Shown here piece after piece: positions 29,721-38,656 of a stretch of DNA of 64,000 nucleotides. Location of the stretch: NCBI GenBank assembly GCA_965221955.1, contig CBDCTA010000029.1:495852-559851 (forward strand), in the 5' to 3' direction. The translations under genes were made by a program, and so were the position numbers. The stretch is from Gammaproteobacteria bacterium (lineage in GTDB: Bacteria > Pseudomonadota > Gammaproteobacteria > UBA4575). The notes under the pieces were generated by a model. The model did no database searches. It was not told the DNA's origin and was given only the letters and a program-made list of their open reading frames with translations. How positions within the stretch are numbered: position 1 is the first letter of the stretch; each line of letters begins with the position of its first letter.

Positions 29721-31262
29721 GTGGCTGAATTAACTACGATTGGCACGGAGTTTGGGGCCACAAATACTGAAAGCCTACGCACGCTTCCTTATTCATTGGA
29801 GGCAGAACAAGCCGTAATCGGCGGACTCATTCTAGATAACTCCACTTGGGACCAGGTGGCGGATCGCATTAATGAAAACGATTTTCATTTATTTGATCAT
29901 CGACTGATCTTTAGAACCATTGATGAGTTAGTAGAAAAGCAACAGCCGTTTGATGTGCTTACGCTTTCTGACTTATTGCGTCAGAAAGCTGAAATTTCCG
30001 ATACTAATATTCTTGCCTACCTTGGTACACTTGCGAATGACACCCCCAGTGCAGCCAATATTCGTGCTTATGCGGATATTGTTCGTGAAAAATCAATTCT
30101 TAGACAGCTAGTAACTACCGGCAATGAAATTGCTTCGAGTGGGTTATCTCCTGAGGGGCGGGATGTAAATGAATTATTAGATGAAGCTGAACAAAAAGTT
30201 TTTCAGATTTCTGATCACAGCGTACATACCAGCCAAGGTTTTCAAAATATAAAATCGCTACTCAAAACTACAGTTGAACAAATTGATGAATTGTTTGAAC
30301 GCGGTGATCACATTACAGGTTTGCCGAGTGGCTATGATGAATTCGATGAGAAAACCGCAGGTTTGCAGAACGGCGAACTCATTATTGTCGCGGGTCGCCC
30401 GTCAATGGGTAAAACTAGTTTTGCAATGAACATTGTTGAATATGCTGCCTTGCGTAGTAATGCATCCGTTGCGATTTTTAGTATGGAAATGCCGGGGCGT
30501 TCGTTAACCATGAGAATGTTATCTTCTATGGGACGGATTGATGCGCAACGCATACGTACAGGTAAGTTAACCGATGATGATTGGCCGCGTCTTACTAGTG
30601 CGGTTTCGATGTTGTCCGAGTCTAATTTATTTATTGATGATACGGCAGCGCTTTCACCAACTGAATTACGCGCGCGTGCTAGACGTTTGAAACGTGAGCA
30701 TGGCTTATCTTTAATCATAGTGGATTATTTGCAGTTGATGCAGGTTAGCGGTACTACAGAAAATCGTGCAACTGAAATATCTGAAATCTCGCGTTCTTTA
30801 AAAGCCTTAGCAAAAGAATTAGATCTGCCTATTATTGCTTTGTCGCAATTAAATCGTAGTTTAGAACAACGCACAGATAAGCGCCCTGTGATGTCTGATT
30901 TACGTGAATCAGGAGCGATAGAGCAAGATGCAGATTTGATTGTATTTATCTATCGAGATGAAGTGTATAACGAAGACTCTCCTGATCAAGGTACCGCGGA
31001 AATCATTGTGGCAAAACAACGTAATGGTCCTATTTTTAAAACGAGACTGACGTTCTTAGGTCAATACACGCGTTTTGAAAACTATGTGCCAGAGATTTAT
31101 GTAGGAGGTCCGATGACTGGAGAAAGCTTTTCCAGTTCGAATATGACTAATCCAAGCAGTCCTTCACCGGACCCTGGTTTTACAGAACAAAAGTTTTCTG
31201 ATAAAAGTTTTCCTGCTAATGATTTTCCTAATGATATCCCTGATGACATTGATGATGATTAA
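29721..31262 (+). CDS. dnaB: Replicative DNA helicase DnaB
   Basis: 513 aa. The N-terminal domain reads AEQAVIGGLILDN. The RecA-like domain has GRPSMGKT and the IIVDYLQLM stretch. Confidence 0.9.
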   Translation: MAELTTIGTEFGATNTESLRTLPYSLEAEQAVIGGLILDNSTWDQVADRINENDFHLFDHRLIFRTIDELVEKQQPFDVLTLSDLLRQKAEISDTNILAYLGTLANDTPSAANIRAYADIVREKSILRQLVTTGNEIASSGLSPEGRDVNELLDEAEQKVFQISDHSVHTSQGFQNIKSLLKTTVEQIDELFERGDHITGLPSGYDEFDEKTAGLQNGELIIVAGRPSMGKTSFAMNIVEYAALRSNASVAIFSMEMPGRSLTMRMLSSMGRIDAQRIRTGKLTDDDWPRLTSAVSMLSESNLFIDDTAALSPTELRARARRLKREHGLSLIIVDYLQLMQVSGTTENRATEISEISRSLKALAKELDLPIIALSQLNRSLEQRTDKRPVMSDLRESGAIEQDADLIVFIYRDEVYNEDSPDQGTAEIIVAKQRNGPIFKTRLTFLGQYTRFENYVPEIYVGGPMTGESFSSSNMTNPSSPSPDPGFTEQKFSDKSFPANDFPNDIPDDIDDD

Positions 31263-31301
31263 TGAAATGCTATGTCGAAAAACTCACCATGAGTTGTCTG
31301 C

Positions 31302-32381
31302 ATGAAGCGGGCTGCATTTGCGCGCATTAATTTAGCCCACCTAAAACATAATCTTGCTGCCGTACGAAAAGTAGCAAATCAATCAAAAATCATGGCGGTG
31401 GTCAAGGCAGATGCTTATGGTCATGGCATGCTAAAAGTGTGTAACAGTTTACAAGATGTAGATGCCTTTTCAGTCGCTTATGTAAATGAAGCGCTAGAAT
31501 TACGCGAAAGTGGTATTCAACAACCCATCGTGGCTTTACAAGGATTTAGTAGTGTTGAGGATTTGCAAAATGCAGTTAAGCAAAACATTCAAGTAGTGAT
31601 TCATCATCAAGAACAATTAAATATTCTACAAAGATTTCCCGCTCCTACTAAATTGGATGTGTTCGTAAAGCTTGATACCGGTATGCATCGTTTGGGTTTT
31701 GTGCCCAGTGAATTTTCAACAGTATTGGGTCAAGTGCAATTACTGTTATCCAATGAATCAAAAATAAGTTTTATGACACATTTAGCGTGTGCGGATGAGG
31801 TTGATAATCCCGCGACTCGAGCACAACTTCAACAATTTGATCTCGCGGTTGAAGATAAAAGTGGAGAGCAAACGATTGCGAATTCAGCGGGTATCATAGC
31901 TTGGCCGGAGTGTCATCGAGACTGGGTGCGCCCAGGTCTTGTCCTATACGGTGTTAACCCCATCGAACAACAAGCAGCATCAACATCTATAGATTTACGA
32001 GCAGTGATGAGCCTGTATGCACCGCTTATCTCGGTTAAAAACTGTAAAAAAGGTGAAAAAATTGGCTATGGTGGCGATTTTAGTTGCCCTAGTGATATGG
32101 TCATAGGCATCATAGCAATAGGTTATGCGGATGGTTATCCACGTCATTTGAAACACGCACCTGATGTGTCAGTTGGTGGAAGACGAGTAACGGTAGTGGG
32201 TCGAGTTTCGATGGATATGATCGCGGTAGATCTAACCAGTACTGAGGCGCGAATAGGAGAAATCGTGGAGCTATGGGGTGAAACTGTTTCCGTAGCAGAA
32301 GTAGCAAAGCATGCTGAGACCATAAGTTATGAGCTGTTGTGTGCTGCAGGTAATGCAGTAGAAAAAAAATACATTCAATGA
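31302..32381 (+). CDS. alr: Alanine racemase
   Basis: 359 aa with the PLP site VVKADAYGHG. The dnaB-alr adjacency is conserved. Confidence 0.85.
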   Translation: MKRAAFARINLAHLKHNLAAVRKVANQSKIMAVVKADAYGHGMLKVCNSLQDVDAFSVAYVNEALELRESGIQQPIVALQGFSSVEDLQNAVKQNIQVVIHHQEQLNILQRFPAPTKLDVFVKLDTGMHRLGFVPSEFSTVLGQVQLLLSNESKISFMTHLACADEVDNPATRAQLQQFDLAVEDKSGEQTIANSAGIIAWPECHRDWVRPGLVLYGVNPIEQQAASTSIDLRAVMSLYAPLISVKNCKKGEKIGYGGDFSCPSDMVIGIIAIGYADGYPRHLKHAPDVSVGGRRVTVVGRVSMDMIAVDLTSTEARIGEIVELWGETVSVAEVAKHAETISYELLCAAGNAVEKKYIQ

Positions 32382-32393
32382 TGGCGGTGTAAT

Positions 32394-34058
32394 ATGGAAA
32401 AAGTTTGGTTAAAAAGCTATCCAGAAGGTGTTCCTGAATTTGCAGAGTTGGGTAAGTATAAATCGTTGGCACATATGTTTGACGAATGTGCAGAGCGGCA
32501 TAGTCATCTGCCAGCATTCTCCAACATGGGTGCGTCGATTAGTTTTTCTGAACTTAATATCGAGAGCTACAATTTTGCAGCTTATCTACAAACTGAACTA
32601 GGTTGTAAAAAAGGTGATCGTGTCGCGATCATGCTACCTAATTTATTGCAATTCCCTGTCGCTTTGTATGGTGTGTTACGTTCGGGTTGTGTTGCGGTTG
32701 ACGTTAACCCACTTTATACCTCGCGCGAACTTGGTCACTACTTAAAAGACTCTGGTGCAAAAGTAATTGTAATATTGGAAAACTTTGCAGATGTACTTGC
32801 TGAAATTATTCATGACACAGATGTTGAGCATGTAATTCTCACAAGAGTGGGCGATATGCTTGGTTTTCCAAAGTCGTTGCTGGTTAATTTTGTCCTTAAA
32901 TATGTACAGAAAAAAATTCCTAAATACTCTATTGATAAAATTATTCCTTTCAATGAAGTCCTCGCAGTTGGGCAACAAAGGCAACTTGTAAAGCCAGAGC
33001 TGACTCAAGATGATTTAGCTTTTTTGCAATTTACTGGTGGAACAACAGGTTTAGCCAAGGGTGCAATGTTGTCGCACGGCAATTTGCTTGCCAATGTGGC
33101 GCAAGCCGGAGCTTTTTTTGGCCCAATTTTAGAAGAAGGTAAAGAAATCGTAATTACGGCCTTACCGCTGTACCACATATTTTCTTTAACTGCGAATTGT
33201 TTCTTGTTCACCAAAATTGGTGGGTTAAATTATTTAATTACTAACCCACGCGATATGAAAGGCTTTGTAAAAGAGTTAGGCAAAGTGAAGTTTTCAGTGA
33301 TCACTGGTGTAAATACTTTATTTAATGGTTTATTAAATACAGATGGCTTTTCCGATTTGGATTTCTCTCACCTTAAAGTTACTCTGGGTGGTGGTATGGC
33401 AGTGCAAGAATCTGTAGCAACAGAATGGCACGAAACCACGGGTTGTGTGTTAGCTGAGGCTTATGGTTTAACCGAAGCTTCTCCTGCGGTAACAATGAAT
33501 CCTTATGATCTAAAAGAATATAACGGCACGATAGGTTTACCCATTCCGAATACGGAAATCTCAATTCAAGATGATGAAGGGAATCATCTTGGAATAGAAG
33601 AAGCTGGAGAGCTATGTGTACGCGGGCCGCAAGTGATGCAAGGTTATTGGAACCGTCCTGAAGAAACTAAAAATACAATCGATGAAGAGGGTTGGTTGAA
33701 AACCGGTGATATTGCAATGGTGTCAGAGGATGGCTTTGTGCGTATTGTCGATCGTAAAAAAGATATGATTCTTGTTTCAGGTTTTAATGTCTATCCAAAT
33801 GAAATTGAAAATGTAGTGCAGTCTCATGCTGGAGTATTAGAAGTGGCAGCCGTTGGTGTGGGTGATGAAGAGTCTGGCGAGGTAGTAAAGCTTTTCATTG
33901 TTAAGAAAGACCCTGCGTTGACTAAAGAAGATGTGTTAGAGCATTGCAAAGACCGGCTAACGCGTTATAAATGGCCTAAACATATTGAGTTTAGAGATGA
34001 GCTGCCTAAGACCAATGTTGGCAAAATCTTGCGTCGCGCACTTAGGGATGAGGAATAG
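32394..34058 (+). CDS. fadD: Long-chain-fatty-acid--CoA ligase (AMP-binding family)
   Basis: 554 aa with the AMP-binding motif TGGTTGLAKG and the FadD-like C-terminal KWPK...LP.T.VGKILRR. Confidence 0.8.
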   Translation: MEKVWLKSYPEGVPEFAELGKYKSLAHMFDECAERHSHLPAFSNMGASISFSELNIESYNFAAYLQTELGCKKGDRVAIMLPNLLQFPVALYGVLRSGCVAVDVNPLYTSRELGHYLKDSGAKVIVILENFADVLAEIIHDTDVEHVILTRVGDMLGFPKSLLVNFVLKYVQKKIPKYSIDKIIPFNEVLAVGQQRQLVKPELTQDDLAFLQFTGGTTGLAKGAMLSHGNLLANVAQAGAFFGPILEEGKEIVITALPLYHIFSLTANCFLFTKIGGLNYLITNPRDMKGFVKELGKVKFSVITGVNTLFNGLLNTDGFSDLDFSHLKVTLGGGMAVQESVATEWHETTGCVLAEAYGLTEASPAVTMNPYDLKEYNGTIGLPIPNTEISIQDDEGNHLGIEEAGELCVRGPQVMQGYWNRPEETKNTIDEEGWLKTGDIAMVSEDGFVRIVDRKKDMILVSGFNVYPNEIENVVQSHAGVLEVAAVGVGDEESGEVVKLFIVKKDPALTKEDVLEHCKDRLTRYKWPKHIEFRDELPKTNVGKILRRALRDEE

Positions 34059-34276
34059 AAAATTAATGTAATCGTGTTCAATAAGCTTCTGCTTGGAGGT
34101 GGTATTTTCTTAAAATAGGATGTATTTCAAAGAGTTAAAATCCCATAAAAAAATATGGAATTTGTAGAAAATGTGACGTAATTCCGTTGATCAAATGACG
34201 AAATTTCGTGACTATAGGTACTCTTAATCTTGTTTATAAGTCGTGCTAGAAGGCGTGACTCCGGAGTTGGTAATCA

Positions 34277-34774
34277 GTGAAGTCATACGAACAATCTGAA
34301 GATGCGATAAGTGATGCTCAGTTAGCGCTAGAGCGTCGTGATCGTCGTGATCGTCGCACACCTTCCTTGAAGGGATTTGTCTATGGCTTGTTTTTGGCCA
34401 GGCGTCGTGGCCCTCGACGTGCAGAAAATTTATATCAATATAGTGATTGGTACGATGTTAAGTTATTAGTGCTATCGCTTAGCTTATTATTGTTGTCGTG
34501 CTTAGATGCTGCGATGACAATGAAGTTGTTATCTTTGGGTGCGGTGGAACTAAACCCAATCATGAACGAGTTGATCAATCAGGGCACACGTTATTTTATT
34601 TGGATTAAAATTGCTATTACTGCGTTGTGTGTCATCGTGCTCGTTGCTCACAATCGTTTTAAGCTGTTTAATTTTTTACGTGTCGACGTAATTCTCATTA
34701 CCGCAGTATTTATTTATCTAGGTTTGGTGACTTACGAGTTTTATCTGTATACCTTGGGTATACCTGCAGTTTAA
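34277..34774 (+). CDS. Membrane protein (DUF5658-like, 4 TM) with N-terminal Arg-rich DRR repeats
   Basis: 165 aa with a GTG start. N-terminal RRDRRDRRTPSLKG...RRRGPRR, followed by four hydrophobic helices. Confidence 0.5.
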   Translation: MKSYEQSEDAISDAQLALERRDRRDRRTPSLKGFVYGLFLARRRGPRRAENLYQYSDWYDVKLLVLSLSLLLLSCLDAAMTMKLLSLGAVELNPIMNELINQGTRYFIWIKIAITALCVIVLVAHNRFKLFNFLRVDVILITAVFIYLGLVTYEFYLYTLGIPAV

Positions 34775-35127
34775 TTAAGCGATCCAATTAAGCTTTCATT
34801 TGGGTCTTGACGGATCTTTTTTAATTCTCTTTTCCAGAGTTTTATATTTTTAGGGCTTACGCCTTTTTCTACACTGTCTAGCCATTGGTCATGGCAGTTC
34901 ATGACGAGTTCTAATCCTTCGTCAGTGAAATCTGAAACCTTTATTTCTAGTGAATGCCAGTCTTCGACTGCTTTGGGTAGTTTGTTTTTATATAAGCTAC
35001 TTTCAAGTAAAAAACCTAATAATGGCTCATATCTTGATTTGAACTTTTCAATCGCATCCAGCTTGGAAGCGTCATCCATTTCTTCGTATATGTACCATTT
35101 GCACGCATCAATCGTGAATTCTTTCAT
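34771..35127 (-). CDS. Hypothetical protein (118 aa)
   Basis: ATG start with aagga SD about 7 nt upstream. No recognisable domain. Lies in the very AT-rich block. Confidence 0.4.
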   Translation of the reverse strand: MKEFTIDACKWYIYEEMDDASKLDAIEKFKSRYEPLLGFLLESSLYKNKLPKAVEDWHSLEIKVSDFTDEGLELVMNCHDQWLDSVEKGVSPKNIKLWKRELKKIRQDPNESLIGSLN

Positions 35128-35283
35128 TGAGCATCCTTTGGTTTAGAGTTCCATTATTATATTTCTAAAAAACGTATTGTTATTTAATATATCTTTTGCA
35201 TACAAATGTTATGTAAGCATGTCATCTGGATTTATTTACCATTTATCCTAATTGTTAATATTATTTGGTTTGTATTTAATTTT

Positions 35284-35982
35284 TTACACTTTAACGATCA
35301 CAGCATTAAAGTATTGTGCATATACCTCAAGCGCACGATCTTTTGCTAAACCTAAATGATCGGCGAGTGCTAAATCCATGCCGCGAAAGTTAATGTCATA
35401 ATCTTTTGTATTAGATTCACTTTTGACAAATAAGGGCGACTCTTTGTTATGCAGCAAAAATATTTTCGCAATAGATTGTTCGATAGGTATATCTAGTGAT
35501 ATGTGTCGTAAATCTGAATAATGCTGTTTCGTATGTTCTCTTGCAGCAATAGAGATATCATCAAAACGCGCAGCCAATGCATAAGCTTGTTTGCTATCTA
35601 ACCAAGTTTCTATGTGTTTGCTTTGGAGTTCTAAAATTCTTTCTGCATGCACACTACCTAATTCGCTGATGGCGTAGACGAAAAAAATGTAAAGCTGATA
35701 AAGCTTTATTGCATTTGTGAAAGCAGGAACAAAAGATTTAGGTGTTTCGTGATCTTCTTGTACGGAGTAATTAAATGGGGTGATGTTTTTAAGTAATAAA
35801 TCGAGTGGGTAAAATGCTACGCTTTCAATCGTTCTTACTTCGCTATCAACATCAACGTTTTGATCAATGTGATATTCCTGTAGGCACAGGCGTGCACTAG
35901 ATTTCCGATTCGCGACCTCATTAGCGGTGAGCCCCCAGAGGTCTGGAAAATCGGTTGAATCGATGGGTAGTGATTGCCCCAA
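35284..35982 (-). CDS. Hypothetical protein (232 aa), TTG start
   Basis: There is no in-frame Met in the first 200 aa. The TTG at 35980 is preceded by AGGAG at 6 nt spacing. No recognisable domain. Confidence 0.45.
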   Translation of the reverse strand: MGQSLPIDSTDFPDLWGLTANEVANRKSSARLCLQEYHIDQNVDVDSEVRTIESVAFYPLDLLLKNITPFNYSVQEDHETPKSFVPAFTNAIKLYQLYIFFVYAISELGSVHAERILELQSKHIETWLDSKQAYALAARFDDISIAAREHTKQHYSDLRHISLDIPIEQSIAKIFLLHNKESPLFVKSESNTKDYDINFRGMDLALADHLGLAKDRALEVYAQYFNAVIVKV

Positions 35983-36269
35983 TGGGTGCTCCTAGCGTAA
36001 AGATTAGATACAAATACCTATCTTAAGGGGGCTTTCTAAAGGGGCTCTACAAACTTGAGATCGCCCGTTGTAAAGCAACGATAGAAGGATATTTGCCTAA
36101 TCTAAACCACTGACTTTTTAGTGATAATCCAATATTTTTAGTTAATATCGATTCAAATTGCTAGTAATAAAAATGTGATCTGGTTCGCAATTCGCTTTTG
36201 TGTGTACAATAGCCATAATATTTAGCACGAGTAGTGCTGAACGACTAAGCCACAATAAGTAAAATAAAG

Positions 36270-36818
36270 ATGGGCGAATCAAAACAAATCATTTCTGCAG
36301 CGTTGCAAACTAATGCTAGTCAAGCATCAATGGCAAAAATAAAAAATGGCAAAAATGCTGATGAGCAATTAGCGGATGAAGTTAAAAAGCTAGACCAAAT
36401 CCGTGACATGCTTTTTGGCGAACACGTCGCAGCTTTGCAAGACAAATATCAAACACTAGATAAAAATCTTGATCAAAGCATATCTGTTTTGCGCGAAGAG
36501 CTTAATACCTCAATTGCAGACTTAAAAAAGCAGGTTGATAAGAGATTTGATCAATTGCAAAAGAATTTTCAGGCTGAACAAGTCGATCGTGAGTCACAAC
36601 ATGAAGAGCTAAGCTCTAATCTCGCGTCAATTAATTCAGATATCCTCACAAAGATCGATTTGGAAGCAAAAAGAATCGATCAAGCATTCGATGAACAGCA
36701 GCAGGAATCCACTCGACAAATGAATGAGATGGTTGATTCATTACAAAATGCAAAAGTGGATCGTAAGTCTTTAGCTGCAATATTTAGCCAATTTGCTAAG
36801 GAGCTTGAAGGCTCGTAA
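36270..36818 (+). CDS. Coiled-coil protein (182 aa)
   Basis: Heptad-rich, hydrophilic sequence. It is the first gene of a tightly spaced three-gene + strand cluster. Confidence 0.5.
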   Translation: MGESKQIISAALQTNASQASMAKIKNGKNADEQLADEVKKLDQIRDMLFGEHVAALQDKYQTLDKNLDQSISVLREELNTSIADLKKQVDKRFDQLQKNFQAEQVDRESQHEELSSNLASINSDILTKIDLEAKRIDQAFDEQQQESTRQMNEMVDSLQNAKVDRKSLAAIFSQFAKELEGS

Positions 36819-36830
36819 GCGAGGTTGTAA

Positions 36831-38636
36831 ATGCCTTCGCATATGGCGAAAGTCATGTTGCATCAAAACGAAATTGACGGTGAAGTGAGTCTTGGATCAA
36901 GTATTGGTTCTGCAGATGATCCCAGTGATCTTGAGCAATTACGCAAATTATTATTAGGAAGCGAATATCAAGATCTCTTGAAGCTACAACGTGAATTTTC
37001 TGATCATTCACATGCCAGTGAAAAAATCTCGCAAGTTATTTCAGAAGCGATAGCAATTCGCTCAAAACAAGATGATTCAATATCAAATGCATTGGTTCCA
37101 TCATTAGAAACAGCGATACGTGTTTCTGCAAAGCGTAACCCTAAGCGTTTAGCGAATGCACTGTTCCCTGTGATGGGTCCAGCCATACGTGAATCCGTTG
37201 CAGAAACGGTTGGTGCGATGATGCAGCAAGTGAATCAATTGTTAGAAAATAGTCTAAGCGCACGTTCGATTAAGTGGCGTATTAACGCATTGCGCACCAA
37301 TCGCTCTTTTGCGGAGGTGATGCTTTCTGAAACAGTGCTCTACCAAGTAGAGCAGGTGTTTTTAATTCACCGCGAAACAAGTTTACTCATCAATCACCTT
37401 ACTTCTGCCAATGCAATTGTCAAAGATCCGGATATGGTGTCAAGTATGCTTACTGCTGTAACGGATTTTGTGAAAGATTCATTTGTAGTGGATAAGCAAC
37501 AAAGTGTTAAGTCGATAAAATTTGGACAGCTGAATTTGCTATTCGAGGCTGGACCACACGCAATCATAGTTGCTGCAGTTCGAGGTTTGATTCCATCTGA
37601 CTTGCAAATCACTTTGCGCGAGCAGGTGGAAGAGTTGCATCGTTTATATGGTAGTCAATTAGAAGATTATGATGGGAATACTGAGCAGTTTCCTGATACG
37701 CATGAACAATTAGATAAATGTTTACTAAGTAAGAAAAAAGATGATGCGATCAGATCGGTGAGTGAGAATAAAATACCATGGGCAGCCATAATAGCCTTGA
37801 CTCTGTTAATTCTTTTGCCATTTGTTTGGTGGATATTGAATAAAATTGAACAAAATAAATGGAATGAAATTGTTAATCAGTTACAGGCAGAATCTGGAAT
37901 CGTCATACTGAGTCACCATAAACAGGATGGAGAGTACATTGTTAATGGTTTGCTTGACCCCTTAGCAAAAGACCCAATGGAGATTATTGCTGCTAAAGAA
38001 GATTTTACCAAGGCAGTGCAGCTACAAATGCAATCTTATTATTCTAATGAGGTGAAGATTGTAAATAAGCGTTTGCATAAAGTATTGAATCCACCCAGCA
38101 CGGTAAGAACAATTTTTGCCAATGGCCTATTAACAATAGAAGGTGAAGCCAATCCATCTTGGGTTGCAAGTTTGCCCAATAAACTACCGTTTATCTGGGG
38201 AGTAGATCGTGTAGATACGAGCAAATTACGTAAAATTGAGGATATTCAGCAGAAAATACTGCAACTCATCGGTTCAATTGAGGGCGTTGTAATAGAATAT
38301 TCCTCAAACTCCACAGCCTTGGCTACGAATGATTTAATATCTATCTCAAATATGTTGGATGATATTAATGCGCTTCAGGTGTATACCGCTCAAGCAGGGC
38401 ATGCGTTCAAACTTGGTATATTAGGATTTGCTGATAAATCAGGATCTGATGCAGTAAACAATGAAATTAGTGAGCAGCGTGCAAGAGTAGTGCATGCCGA
38501 ACTCGTAAAGCGAGGAGTAGCGGAAGATAGCTTGTTGGCTAAAGGTCTAGGGCGTTATATCAAGCAGGCTGATCAAAATAGAACGCACAACTGTATTACA
38601 CAACGATGTGTCATATTTGAGGTCTATATAAATTAA
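36831..38636 (+). CDS. Membrane protein with cytoplasmic N-terminal domain, single TM and C-terminal OmpA-like peptidoglycan-binding domain
   Basis: 601 aa. TM segment IPWAAIIALTLLILLPFVWWIL near residue 315. C-terminal LGFADKSGSDAVNNEISEQRARVVHAELVKRG fits the OmpA_C motif. It starts 13 bp after the coiled-coil gene and ends 21 bp before the GGDEF-EAL gene. Confidence 0.55.
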   Translation: MPSHMAKVMLHQNEIDGEVSLGSSIGSADDPSDLEQLRKLLLGSEYQDLLKLQREFSDHSHASEKISQVISEAIAIRSKQDDSISNALVPSLETAIRVSAKRNPKRLANALFPVMGPAIRESVAETVGAMMQQVNQLLENSLSARSIKWRINALRTNRSFAEVMLSETVLYQVEQVFLIHRETSLLINHLTSANAIVKDPDMVSSMLTAVTDFVKDSFVVDKQQSVKSIKFGQLNLLFEAGPHAIIVAAVRGLIPSDLQITLREQVEELHRLYGSQLEDYDGNTEQFPDTHEQLDKCLLSKKKDDAIRSVSENKIPWAAIIALTLLILLPFVWWILNKIEQNKWNEIVNQLQAESGIVILSHHKQDGEYIVNGLLDPLAKDPMEIIAAKEDFTKAVQLQMQSYYSNEVKIVNKRLHKVLNPPSTVRTIFANGLLTIEGEANPSWVASLPNKLPFIWGVDRVDTSKLRKIEDIQQKILQLIGSIEGVVIEYSSNSTALATNDLISISNMLDDINALQVYTAQAGHAFKLGILGFADKSGSDAVNNEISEQRARVVHAELVKRGVAEDSLLAKGLGRYIKQADQNRTHNCITQRCVIFEVYIN

Positions 38637-38656
38637 GTTTTATCAAATTACTTTGT

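Noticed and set aside
35284-35982. N-myristoylation-like MGQSLP start on the 232-aa orphan, as a eukaryote-targeted effector hint
   Set aside because: Position 6 is Pro rather than Ser/Thr, and the start codon is TTG, so the initiator context is uncertain. This is too weak to claim.
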